In this document: in pieces, positions 12,065 through 24,734 of the stretch
Position numbering within the stretch: the first letter of the stretch is position 1
Layout of the letters: the number at the start of each line of letters is the position of its first letter
Source of the DNA: Mobula birostris
Lineage: Eukaryota
Direction: 5' to 3'
DNA length: 64,000 bases
NCBI RefSeq assembly: GCF_030028105.1
Contig: NC_092401.1
Coordinates: forward strand, 29,626,399-29,690,398
The notes under the pieces: model-generated
The model's database searches: none
What the model saw: the letters and a program-made list of their open reading frames with translations, nothing else
What the model was told of the DNA's origin: nothing
Program-made: the position numbers and the translations under genes

Positions 12065-13858
12065 GATAGAAACATAGAAAACCTACAGCACAATACAGGC
12101 CCTTTGGCCCACAAAGCTGTGCCGAACATGTACTTACTTTAGAAATTACCTAGGGTTACCCATAGCCCTCTATTTTTCTAAGCTCCATGTACCTATCCAG
12201 GAGTCTCTTAAAATACGCTATCATATCCACCTCCACCACCGTCACCGGCAGCCCATTCCATGCACTCTTCACTCTCTGCATAAAAAACTCACCCCTGACA
12301 TCTCCTCTATGCCTACTTCCAAACACTTTAAAACTCTGCCCTCTGGTGTTAGCCATTTCAGCCCTGGGAAAAAGCCTCTGACTATCCACATGATCAATGC
12401 ATCTCATTATCTTATACACCCCTATCAGATCACCTCTCATTCTCCGTCACTCCAAGGAGAAAAGGCCGAATTCACTCAACCTGTTTTCATAAGGCATGCT
12501 CCCCAATCCAGGCACCATCCTTATAAATCTCCTCTGCACCCTTTCTATAGTTTCCACATCTTTCCTGTAGTGAGGTGACCAGAAATGAGCACAGTACTCC
12601 AATTGAGTTCTGACTAGGGTCCTATATAGCTGTAACATCAACTCTTGGCTCTTAAACCGTATCCCACGGTTGATGAAGGTCAATGCACCGTATGCTTTCT
12701 TAACCACAGAGTCAAACTGCGTAGCGGCTTTGAGTGTCCTATGGACTCGGACCCCAAGATCCCTCTGATCCTCCACACTGCCAAGAGTCTTACCATTAAT
12801 ACTATATTCTGCCATCATATTTGACCTACCAAAATTAACCACATCACACGTATCTGGGTTAAACTCCATCTGCCACTTCTCAGCCCAGTTTTGCATCCTA
12901 TCGATGTCCTGCTGTAACCTCTGACGGCCCTCCACACTATCCACAACATCCCAACCTTTGTTTCATCCGCAAATTTACTAACCCATCCCTCCACTTCCTC
13001 ATCTAGGTCATCTATAAAAATCACAAAAAGTAGGGATCACAGAACAGATCCCCGAGGCACACCACTGGTCACCGACCTCCATGCAGAATATGACCTATCT
13101 ACAACCACTCTGCATTCTGTGGGCAAGCCAGTTCTAGATCCACAAAGCAATGTCCCCTTGGATCCCATGCCTCCTTACTTTCTCAATAAGCCTTGCATGG
13201 GGTACCTTATCAAATGCCTTACTGAAATCCATATACACTACACCTACTGCTCTACCTTCATCAATCTGTTTAGTCACATCCTCAAAAAATTCAATCAGGC
13301 TCGTAAGGCCTTTGACAAAGCCATGCTGACTATTCCTAATCATATTATACCTCTCCAAATGTTCATAAATTCTGCCTCTCAGGATCTTTTCCATCAACTT
13401 ACCACCCACAGAAGTAAGGCTCACTGGTCTATAATATCCTGGGCTATCTGTATTCCCTTTCTTGAATAAGGGAACAGCATCTGCAAACCTCCAATCCTTC
13501 AGAACCTCTCCCGTCACCATTGATGATGCAAAGATCATTGCCAGAGTCTCAGCAATCTCTTCCCTCGCCATCCTCAGTAGCCTGGGGTACATATCATCCG
13601 GTCCTGGTGACCTATCCAATTTGATGCTTTCCAAAAGCTCCAGCACATCCTCTTTCTTAATGTCTATATGCTCGAGCTTTTCAGTCTGCTGCAAGTCAAA
13701 ACTACAATCACCAAGATCCTTTTCCGTAGTGAGTACTGAAGCAAAGTATTCATTAAGTATCTCTGCTGTCTCCTCTGGTTCCAGACACACTTTCCCACTG
13801 TCACACTTGATTGGTCCTATTCTCTCACGACTTATCCTTTTGCTCTTCACATACTTGC
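12065..13858 (-). mobile_element. CR1 LINE, 5'-truncated, moderately decayed
   Basis: Consecutive ORF2 pieces: YRPVSLTSVGGKLMEKI, YMDFSKAFDKVPH, KFADETK, LEYCAHFWSPHY, and a (ctatgttt) tail near 12066-12080. Confidence 0.92.
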
Positions 13859-14469
13859 AGTGAAAGTATGTGATACAGTGAAAAGTTTTGTTTTGCATGC
13901 CATTCTTACAGATCATTTCATTGCATCTGTGCATTCAGGTAAAACAAGGAAAACGCAATAACCAAATGCAGAATAAAGAGTAACAGTTACAGAGAAAGTG
14001 CATTGCAGGTAGACAATAAGATGCAAGACCCTAAAGAGATATTGGCCAAATGCAGGCAAATAGGACTAGCTTAGATTGACATCATGGTTGGTATGGAAGA
14101 ATTGAACCAAAATGAAATGAAAGTTTAAAAGACCTATTGGTGTCAGTTTGGTGTGTGATATTGGCCTGTTTTCCCTCTCACTGACAAATGTTTTGTCTCT
14201 TTTCTGAACACACATCATTATGATTGGATACTGGTGAAAAGTATTTTCTCCTTTATGTACGGCTGTCTCTATTTTTTGAGTTTTGTGTGTGTAGGCTGAA
14301 GGATTCAAGAGATAAAAGGGGGCCTTATAGGGCATAAAATGGGCAATATCTGTCTCTTAAGTCGGGTGAGAACTAGAGCTATTTCTTGGAAATGAAATTT
14401 GGAGAATCTTCTCTTAGGCTGGGCCATGTGTACTGCTAGCGCTAAGCACTGGAGATGGAGTCAAGGATG

Positions 14470-15250
14470 TCGAGAGAGTTAAAGAGAAAGAGCGGGCAAG
14501 GGAAAAGGCTGTGAGAGAGATTATGGGATTTGTGAGCATATAATAGAGCAAAAATTAGTGAGAAGTTAGAGGATTTGGAAGCTTTTAAATACCAACAGAA
14601 GACAGTAAAAAAAAGCAATAAGTAAACTAGCCAATCACATTAAGGAGGACACCAAAGCTTTTTTTTTCTGATTTATAAAGGGTAAAATAGAGTCAAGGGT
14701 GGATAATGGGCTGCTGGGAAATCATGCACGATAAGAAGTAACAGGGGACAGAGAAATGGTGGATGACTTAATAGGATTTTGCATCAGTCCTTACTGTGGA
14801 AGACAACAGCAGAATTCCGCAAATTCAGTGAGTATAGTTGCTAATACTAAGGGGATGCTGCTTGGGAGGCTGAAAGGACTGAATGTAGTTAAGTCACCTA
14901 GGTCAGGTGGACCACACCCCAGGGACCTGAAAAAGGTAGTTGAATGAAATATTAGTAGTTTTCTATCAAGAATCAATAAATTCTAGAATAGTTCCGGAGG
15001 ATTGGAAAGTTGTAATTCTGCAAGAAGGGAGGGAGGTAAAAGTAGGGAAATTATAGGTCAGTTAGCCTGACTTCAGTGGTTGGGAATATGTTAGATCCCA
15101 TTATTAAGAATGTTTCGAGGTATTTGGAGGCACATGATAAAATAGGTCAATGTCAGCATGATTTCGTCAAGGGGAAATCTTGCCTGACAAAACAGTTGGA
15201 ATTCTTTAAGGAAATAACAGACAGGAAAGACAAGGAGAGTTAGTGGATGT
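14470..15250 (+). mobile_element. Decayed CR1 ORF2 fragment
   Basis: KSPRSGGPHPRDLK and aattataggtcagttagcctgacttcagtggttggg. Confidence 0.75.
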
Positions 15251-15254
15251 TGGC

Positions 15255-17065
15255 ATAGTGCCTTATAAAGTCTCAGCATTACATTCTTGCTTTTATATTT
15301 TAGTTCTCTCAAAATGAATGCAAACATTGTGTTTGCCGTTCTGAACACCAACTCAACATGTAACCTAACCTTTATGGAATCTTGCATGAGGACTCCCAAA
15401 TCCCTTTGTAACTTGGAGTTTTGAATTTTTGTCCTGTTTAGAAAATAATTGATGCTTTTATTCCTTCTACCAAAGTGCATGACAATACACTTCCAGACAC
15501 TATATTCCCATTTGCCACTTCTTTGTCCACTCTCTTAATCTGTCTATGTCTTTCTTCCTCAACACTATTTGGCCTCCACCTATCTTCGTATTGTCCACAA
15601 ACTTGGCCACAAAGCTATCAATTCTGTCACCCAAATTGTCAACAAACCACGTAAAAGAAGCGGTTCCAACACTTCGCACTCTTTGCCTCCTGCCATAGCA
15701 GCCAATGCATGCTAGAATCTTTCCTGTAAAAGCATGGACTCTTATCTTGTAAGCAGTCTCATGTGCGGCACCTTGTCAAAGGCTGCTGGAAATCCAAGTA
15801 CACCACATCCATTAATTCCCCTTTGTCTATCTAGCCTGTAACTTCCTCAAAGAATTCCAACAGATTTTTTAGACAAGGAAACAATGCTGACTTCAGCCTA
15901 TTTTATCATGTGCCTCCAAGTTCCCCGAAACCACATCCTTAACAATCTATTCCAACATCTTCCCAACCACTGAGGTCAGGCTAACTGGCCTATAATTTCC
16001 TTTCTTCTGCCTTTCTCTCTTCTTGACAAGTGATATTTGCAATTTTTCAGTCCTCTGGAACCATACCAGAATCTATTGATTCTTGAAAGATCATTACAAA
16101 TGCCTTCACAATCTCTTCAGCTAACCCTTTCAGAATGTTGGGGTGTAGACCGTCTGGTCAGGTACCTACCTTCAAACCCTTCATTTCCCAAGCACCTTCT
16201 CCCTTGTAATTGCAATTGCACTCACTTGTGCTCCCTGACAATCTCAAACTTCCAGCATACTGTTACTTTTTTCCACAGTGAAAGCTGATGCAAAATACTT
16301 ATTCAGTTCATCTGCCATTTCCTTGTCCCCCATTACTATATCTCCAGCATCATTTTCCAGCTGTCCAATATCTATTCATGCCTCTCTTTTACTCTTTATC
16401 TATCTGGAAAAAAAATCTTTCGATGTCCTCTTTGATATTATTGGCTAGCTTACCTTCATATTTTACCTTTTCCCCCCTAATGTCTTTTTTTAGTTGCCTG
16501 AATAGTTTTCTAAAGTTTCTCAATCCTCTAACTTCCCACTAATCTTTGCTCTATTGTATGCACTCTCTTTAGCTTTTATGTTGCCTTTGACTTCCCTTGT
16601 CAGACATGGTTGCTTCATCCTGCCTTTAGAAGACGTCTTCCTTTTTGGGATGTATATATCCTGCGCCTTCTGAATCGCTCCCAGAAACTCCAGCCCCTGC
16701 TGCTCTGCCGTTATTCCTGCCAGTGCCTCTTTCCAATTAACTTTGGCCAGTTCCTCTCTCATGCCTCTGTAATTCCCTTTACTCCACTGTAATACTGATA
16801 GATCTGACTTTAGCTTCTCCCTCTCAAACTGCAGGGTGAATTCTATCATATTATGATCACTGACTCCTAAAGGTTCCCTTATCTTAGCTCTCTAATCAAG
16901 TCTGGTTCATTAAACAACACCCAATCCACAATAGCTGATTCCCCAAGTGGACTCAACTACAAGCTGCTCTAAAAAGCAATCGCATAGGCGTTCTACAAGT
17001 TCTCTATCTTGGGATCCAGCACCAACTTGATTTTCTCAGTCTACCTCCATATTGAAATCCCCCCA
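15255..17065 (-). mobile_element. Decayed CR1 ORF2
   Basis: GNYRGMREELAKVNW and MHFGRRNK..QRDLGVLMQDS. Confidence 0.85.
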
Positions 17066-17295
17066 ATTCCAGTATTGTCTGTAAGGAGTTTGTACATACT
17101 CCCAATGAACCATGTGGGATTTCTCCAGGTGCTCCAGTTTCCTCCCACAGACTAAAGACTTATTTGTTAGCAGGTTAATTGCTTTTTGTAAATTGCCCTG
17201 TGATTAGGCTAGTGTTAGATATCTGGGTTCCTGGGTACTGCGACTTGTTGTGCCAGAAGGACCTGTTCTGCGTCGTATCTCCAATTAAATAAAAC
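17065..17295 (+). mobile_element. V-SINE (HE1-like)
   Basis: V-domain core ctgtaaggagtttgtac..gtgggatttctccaggtgctccagtttcctcccaca and A-rich tail. Confidence 0.75.
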
Positions 17296-17759
17296 ATTGA
17301 TTCCTCTAACTTCCAATAATTTCTCCCCCATGACATGGTTGTGTGACTTGATGCTGTTCGCTGTGGAAATGTATTTTACTTGTAGTAACAAAATGGAACC
17401 TGTATTTTATCAGAGTGCTTTGCTAAGTGTCCGTGCAACATTTTGCCAAATGGACCTTGAGTGAATGACAAACTGCAGAAAGTCATTTGGGTTTGGTTAC
17501 TGGAAGAATGCCAAGTACACTAATTAGGTAGACCAATAGAATCACCCTGTTCTTGAACTGGCATGGGTAGACAACACATGTGTAAAAAAGTGACTATGTT
17601 ATCTGTGTTTTTTTCAAAGCTATGACCGGCTCTTGTGCAGTAATGGCCTTCCCTTGCAGCAAGTAAAATCAAAGACTTATGATTGATCCACTCTGAGTGA
17701 ATTGTTGCTCAACATCGCCCTCCTTCTTTATTGTGGTTGTGGAATTAGTTCAGTGTTGA

Positions 17760-18510
17760 TGTGAGTGAGTAGAGTTATTCTCTCTGGTTCAAGAGCCTGG
17801 TTGAGGGGTAATAACTGTTCCTGAATCTGGTGGTGTGGCACCTGAGGCTTTATCTCCTTCCCAATGACAGCAGTGAGAAGAGAGCATGACTCAGATGGCG
17901 GGGGTCCTTGAGGATGGATACTGCTTTCTTGTGACAACACACCCTGTAGATGTCCTCAATGATGCAAGGGCTTCACCTGCGATGGACTGAGTTGTATCCA
18001 ATACTTTTTGGGAGCTTTTCTGTTCAAGGGCATTAATGTTTGCATACCCAGCCAAGATTCAACCAATCGGTATACTCTCCCCCGCACATTGATAGTAGCT
18101 TGTCAAATCTTCCCAAACTTCTCAGAAAGTAGAGACACTGCTGTGCCTTCTCTGTAATGGCACTTATGTACTGGACCCAGACCAGATCCTCTAAAATGAT
18201 ACCACCGAGTAATTTAAAATTGCTGACTCTTGCCCACCTCTGATCCCCTGATGAGGACTGGCTTATGATCTCTGGTTTCCTCATTCTCTAGCCAATAATC
18301 CAGCTCTTTTGCTGACATTGAGGATGTTGATATGGCACCATTCAGTCAGATTTTCAATCTCCTTTCTATGCTGACTCGTCACTACCTTTGATTCGGCCAA
18401 CAACAGTGGTGTTGTCAGCGAACTTAAGTACATCACTGGAGCTGTACTTAGCCTCAGTTATGTGTAACGCGAATACAGCAAAGGGCTAAGCATACAGCCT
18501 TGTGGTACAC
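17760..18510 (-). mobile_element. Rex-Babar-like non-LTR fragment
   Basis: RVSNFKLLG..ITEKAQQCLYFLRSL on the minus strand. Confidence 0.75.
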
Positions 18511-18529
18511 CTATGTCGGTGGATTGTCT

Positions 18530-18800
18530 ACCTTCCACTTCTCTGTTGGTCCGCTCTCCTGTTAAGATTACTCTTTGTTTAGCCCTTTACCTCTTCCACC
18601 GAACCCCACCCAGCTTTACGTCATCCTCCTTGCCCCTCACCTACCACCTACCGAGCTTGTACTCCCCCAGCTCTCCCTATTTTGGCTTTTGCTCCCTTCC
18701 TTTCCAGTCCGATGAGGAGCTTCGGCCCGAAACGTCGACTGTTCATTATCATAGGTGATGCCTGATTTCCTGAGTCCCTCCAGCATTCTGCTCATGTTGG
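18530..18800 (+). repeat. Pyrimidine-rich repeat ending in a hammerhead-like motif and family tail
   Basis: cagtc-c(t)gatga-ggagcttcggccc-gaaac-gtc-gactg at 18705-18741, then gatgcctga..ctgagtccctccagcatt. Confidence 0.7.
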
Positions 18801-18884
18801 GCAAAATCTGCAAACCAATTTACAGAATTTGAGAAAAATGATGTAAACAAAATTTAGACACAGCAGTAGAGTTTTGCAGTTAAC

Positions 18885-19620
18885 GCCCATGACGGGCACA
18901 AGTACCGCCCCGCGACTCAACCCAATTTACTCTGACGTCATCGATTCAACGTCATCCATTGCACATGACGACCAACATGCCCCGACCCCGGCGCTGAGGG
19001 GTCCCGCCTCCCTCCCAGCTACCAATCAGACAAGAAGCAGCTCCGGGTGTGCAAGCGGAACCCGCCTACCCCTCTGCCTTGTGATTGGTCCCTTCCTTCG
19101 ATTGAGCGGCGGAGACCGCGGGGAATGGTCATTCGGACCTTCAATCAGCCAAGCCTTCGCCCAGTGGGAAGCAGGTTAGTGCGAATGGGACGGGCAAGAT
19201 GTCGATGTTGACGGGTTGCGCGCCGACGGTATCGAGCTGGTGATGCCCTGTCACGGGGAGCGCCAGTCCAACACTAAATGGAATTTTAATTATTAAAACT
19301 CTTATTGGGCGATTTAACGATGGGAAACTGTTTCAAGTCGCAGACGGGCGACGACGTCTCGCTGTTAAATGACTCGGCGAGTTACGCCGGAGATGGAGCG
19401 GACGGCGAAGCCGCCGGGCCTGGGTCTCGGTCCGGGGCTGCCCTGCATAGGCCGCCGGCGGCCTCGCCACCAGAGCAGGTCGGTGTGCCGTCGGACAGAC
19501 TCACGGGATGTGCATTCACATATCGCCGGGCACGTCCCTCTCGGCGCACGCATGCTGTGCAGACCGGCCCTAGGCTGGGGCCGTCGCCACGCAGGACCGG
19601 TCTGCACAACATGATTCCAT
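18885..19620 (+). promoter_or_regulatory. CpG island / promoter of the RNF11-like gene
   Basis: Sharp rise in GC and CpG against a CpG-depleted background. GC box CCGCCC 18905, CCAAT 18922 and 19022, ATTGG 19084, full CRE TGACGTCA 18933-18940. Confidence 0.8.
19320..19478 (+). CDS. RNF11: RNF11-like RING-H2 protein, coding exon 1 (53 codons)
   Basis: ATG at 19320 in strong context (acgATGG). Encodes MGNCFKSQTGDDVSLLNDS...PPEQ, matching the RNF11 N-terminus (MGNC acylation motif, DDxSLL dileucine). Donor CAG|gtcggt at 19479, phase 0. May be a paralog rather than the strict ortholog. Confidence 0.9.
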
Positions 19621-20584
19621 AATAAATGTCGTGATCATGGCCAAGTGAAAGGGGTCAGTGTGGAGGTTCAGCAAGGACGTGGTGGGTCTCTGCTATATGA
19701 CCTCAACGGCAGTCACATTTAGGTACTGTCGTCTATGAAGTAGTACCCTGGATTTTCAGGCATCTGTGACAGACAGTGTAGCAGACACTTGCACCTTTAT
19801 TATCTTAAACCTCTGAGTTAGGTTGGTGGGAGAGCTGACTGTTGGAGAAACTGTCTGTCATACCATGATAATGTGTTGTCAGCTCTCAGCAGAAAGACCA
19901 TAGACGCAAATATTTATTGAAGACACCAGCTGTAGACTTTCTACATTCTGATTAAAGTACAAAAATATAAGCCAGTTATTTGTAATACCAGAAGAGGTTT
20001 GGGAAAGTAATTGATAGCACCAGATGAAGAACTTGTATTTCTGCTTTATGCTTCATCAGCAACTCCCCAAGTCACAGTAAAGACGTGAAGTATGGCTCAT
20101 ATTTGCTGGATTTGGTCCAAAGTGTATGAGTCTGGGTTTCTTGATAGGATGGATGAAGATATCTCTTTATGGCAGTATCCTGAAATTAAAGGGTTGCCCA
20201 TTTCAGGTAAAGATGAGGTGATTTTTTTTTCTCCCATACAGTTGTGAATATTTGATACTTACAGAATCAGTTAATGTTGCACCTCTTTAAAACCTTGGTT
20301 AGACCACACTTGAAGCACTGTGTTCAGTTCTGGTTCCCTCACTACAGAAAGGATGTGGAAGCTTTAGAGAGGGTGCGGAGGAGTTTTACCTGGATACTGT
20401 CTGCATTAGAGAGTATGTCTTATGAAGATAAGTTGAGCAAGCTAGGGCTAGTTGGCACAAAGGCAGTTGAGAGGTGACTTATTAGATTTGTACAGGATAA
20501 GAGGATTCAACCCCATTTCGCTGGTTAAAGCGATGAGGGAGATTGAAATATCGAGGCGAATGCAGAATGTCACCTACCAGCTGT

Positions 20585-20770
20585 TTGATCACTGATGGAT
20601 CAGTCGGCTACCGGAGAGGGGAGTCAGCCTTTTGATTGCTGGTGGAATTGCTCTGCTGACAGAGAGGGGAGACGGTCTTTTGATCACTGATGGATGGCTC
20701 TGCTGCCGGAGAGGGGAGACTGCTTTTTGATTGATGGTGGGATTGCTCTGCTGACGGAGAGGGAAAGGCC
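20585..20770 (+). repeat. Tandem array of four ~47-bp units (A-B-A-B)
   Basis: Units start tttgatcactgatggat / tttgattgctggtggaatt / tttgatcactgatggat / tttgattgatggtgggatt, and each ends in gagaggg. Confidence 0.8.
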
Positions 20771-23700
20771 TGCCGCTGTGCCTGGAGAACGTTACCCAGG
20801 TTTTCTGCGTTTTGGATATGGACTTGGACGATGGACATTTTTTTCAGTCTTATAATTTTTTAATTGTGTTTTTCACCCAATCTTTCTCATTTCTTTGTGT
20901 GCAGGGGAGGGGGATTTGCGGGGGGGGGGGTGTTGATCTGCCTGTTCTGTTTTTGTTTTTTAGTTCAGGAAGGGGGATTTGGGAGTTGATGATTGTGCTG
21001 CTGTTCGTTCTTGGTTTTGTGGCGATTTGGAGAAGAACAATTTCGGTGTTGTATACGTTGACAATAAATGAACTTCTGAGCCTTTGAAATGAATCCTTGA
21101 AAATGTGCATGGGGGGGCTGAGAAAAGCCTCATGAATCTCAGCACGCTGGCATACAGGCAGAGCGGGTCCCTGCAATGTCGTCAGTTCTCATGCTATTCC
21201 TGCAGGGATCCGCAGTCTTGAATGGAGGGAGTGAATTCCGCTGAACAGTAATGATTCTGGGGCTAAATGGAACTAGTGGAGATGGCTTTGACTAGGTGCA
21301 AGAGTGATTTCTGAGATGATAATGGTTCAGCTATATTGAGAGCTTCTGTGTATATATAAACTACCTTGCAAACTTCTGGTGAATTGTGCTGATAATTGCA
21401 CAATCTTGAGAAGTACTTTTCCTAACGCTAAGGTGTCTCAGGTTTAAGTCTTTATCAGATGTTAGCACATAGATATTTACACAGTACCTTTTTGAAATTC
21501 TTTTGCTGTTGTTTCTTACCTGGTGGTTTCTGATGGGTGTCTAGAGTGGCTTTAAGGTAGTGATTTAAGCACACTTGTGTCATAGGAAGGAAGTTTGGTA
21601 GGTGATTAAAAGGATTTGGATTGGAGACAAATATTCTTGATAGGAGGAATCCAGAAATTATGGTAGAAACAGTCACTTTGACCTACTGGTTTGTGCTCCA
21701 GATTAAGCTCCTCCTGTTCTGTTATTCCATCAACATTATCTATTCCCTTGTCCCTTCATGTTTATCTCAATTCCTTTTAAATACCTCTACAGGTTCAAGA
21801 TGTGCATGAGCAAAGTGGAAATGTACCACAGAAATGTTGGTGGGCATAGTTCTGAGCTATGGGTCAGTGCTTTAGGGATATAATCAGCAGAACGCACATC
21901 GTTCGTGTGAAGTAAAAGAGATGGTGAGCCGTGGTATCAGTGGAATAGATGAAAAACAAAAATGCACTTGAGCAATCAGAATTATGTATGGAACTATATC
22001 TGTAACATGACCTGCTGGCCTGGTCTCCCTGTCTGTAAGTGTAACATTCTGAACATGGATGCCTCAGTTTGCTATACAAAGAAGGATTGGTTAGAGGAAG
22101 GAGTTTAGAAAAATGAAAAGTGATCTCACTGAAATGTATCAAATGCCAGTGGATCTTGACCAGGCAAGTGTGGTGGTGATGCATTGAACTGGGGTCTTAA
22201 ATTAAGGGAATGGCCATTCAGGACTGCGATGAGAAGTTTGGGATTACCTGCCTCAGAGGCCTGTGGAGACTCGTTCACAGAGTAAACTAAAGATGGGGAT
22301 TGGGAGAGTTTTAGATATTAAATGATGTAGAAACTTGTGCTTGTTGAACTAACTATGGTATGTGCTCATCCACCTATGTGCCTTAGTTATTTCTACCAGC
22401 CTTTACATTTGACACAGCAGGGTTAGGATTACCTAAAACAGAATATCTCCAGATTCATCTTGTACAATGGAATTGTCTGAGCAGTTTAATGGCAAACGAG
22501 GCATGAGGAGTTATATGCAGGACAATAAATGAAGGGGTCTTTAGAAGTGTGGATTTGTAGAGAGACCTCTGAGTGCAAGTTGACATGGGTGGATACCGTA
22601 GTAAAGAAGTAATATAGTAAAGTAATATAGTAAAGAAGTAAATTAGTAATATTTGGTGGAGGCTTCAAATATAGGGGTGTCATGTTGCAGCCATATTTGG
22701 AGTGTGTTGTACAGTTCTGGTCAGACTGGAAGTGGTAGCAGCGGAAAGCGTGCAGGAGAGATTGATCAGAATGTGGCCTGGACTGGAAGGTTGTAGGTAT
22801 AAGGTGAGATAAACTGGGTTTATTCTCACTGAAATACATGAGCTGCTGACCTTATAGAGATTTATAAAACAATGAGATGCACAGATGAGTTGGGGAAGTG
22901 GAGAGCTGTAGGCGCAGGTTTGAGGTGAGAAGGGAGAAATTCAAAGGAGACTTAAGACAGGTTTTTCACACAGAGGTTGGTGAATATCTCAAACAAGCTG
23001 CAGATACAATTAAGTTTAAGATGTGTTTGGGACAGGTGCTTGGATTGCAAAGCGATATGGGCCTGATACAGGCAGATGGGATCAAGATTAAGATTTTAAG
23101 ATTAGCTTTATTTGTCACATGTACATTGAAATATACAGTGAGATGCGTTGTTTGCATCTCACTGTCCAATGTGCCCCCTAGTTAGGAATCATAGTCAGCA
23201 TGGATGAATTGGGCTGAAGGGCATGTTTCTGTGCCAATGGTCTGGTCTTGATTCCATTATCAATGTGAACTCTTAATGCGAACAGCCTCATTAAAATGTG
23301 TGGGAAGGCCATTGGCCTCGAGTCTGTTGTGCTAATCCACCTACACATCTTAGTTTCACTGGTTTAACATTTAATGATGCAGTGAGGTTAGGATTACCTT
23401 AGACAGAGTAACTCTATAGAGTTGTCTGGTGCAATATAATTGTTTGGGCAGTTGCAAAATAATTATAGAACTGGGCAGAGTCTGTGTGGATTCATGAAAG
23501 TAAAATCATTTGTAACAAGTCTGTTAGATGCATTTGAGGTTGGAATTAGATAAGTGGAATCGATTGTTATGTATTTGGACTTTTGGACACCATGTGAGGG
23601 GTTACTAAAATTATAATTTGCTAAAACTTCTCAGCATGTCCATAGAACAGTAGAGGGCTGAACCTACTCTACAATCAATCTTAACTCTTTGCTCCTACAT

Positions 23701-24734
23701 CGCCCTTCATTTGTGCCTATTTAAGTTTCTCAAATGTCCCTAATGTATCTGCCTCTATCACCACTTCTGGCAATGCATTCCCATGCACCCACCTCTCTCT
23801 GTGGGGGAAAGAAACCTTCCTCTGACATCACCCCTGTACTTTTCTCCAGTCACTTTATATGCCCCCTCGTATTAGCCGTTTCTGCCCTGGAAAAAAGTCT
23901 CCGGCTGTCCACTCTACATCCCTGATCATCTTTTACACCTCTATCGAGTCACCTCTCATTCTTTGTTCCAAAGTGAAAAGCCCATGTTCATGTACTTTTC
24001 TCCTGGGACTGTAATGATGTGAATTGCTGTGGCGTTGTTATCAAACTGGTGTTTGCTGTGGTCGGTCTTGCAACCACAGGCTGGTTCACGAACTTTCCAG
24101 GAATGGGATGGAGAGTGCCAGTGCCAGTCAAGGCTGTATCTGTAGTCCTTCCCCGTAAGAAGAGAGAACAACCATTTGGCTTCAATAGGATTCCCTTTCA
24201 GAGGTGACCTCTATAGTATTTCTTGTTTTTTTAAAGCTTGGGAACACAAAATGGTCACTTATTCAACCGGAAATGGCCAGACAGACCATAAAAAGAGGTT
24301 TTTGAGGCATGGTGAAACAGCTTGATGTAGTTCGTAAATATGGGAGTGACCTTTGTAAATAGCTGAAGGACTGCAAGTATGGATCAGGAAGATATAAATA
24401 AATGCTTAACCACAGGGAAGCATTGGACTGTAAGCAGACCTAGGGAAGCAGTTCTGGGTTGAGGATGGATATATAACCTTTAACATAGATGTAGTGCTCT
24501 GCTAGGAGAAAGACTATAAACTGTGTTTATACAATAAGAGGATTTATTTAGTTTATATATTTAGCGAAACTGTGGAGAAGGCCCTTTGAGCCACACCAAC
24601 CCAGTAACCCCACAACCCCAATTAACCCAAACTTAATTACAGGACAATTTACAATGATCAATTAACCTTCCTGATTTTTTTTTGGCCTGTGGGAGAAAAT
24701 GGAGCACCCAGGGGGAAACCCACATATTACATAG

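Noticed and set aside
1-18880. TNPO2 exons expected from human gene order beyond TRIR
   Set aside because: No transportin-like coding sequence was recognised on either strand.
19479-19622. Continuation of the RNF11-like ORF past PPEQ (VGVPSDRL...)
   Set aside because: This is read-through into intron 1; the donor at 19479 joins in frame to exon 2.
20585-20770. CRISPR-like repeat array
   Set aside because: Eukaryotic context, contiguous degenerate units, no unique spacers and no cas genes.
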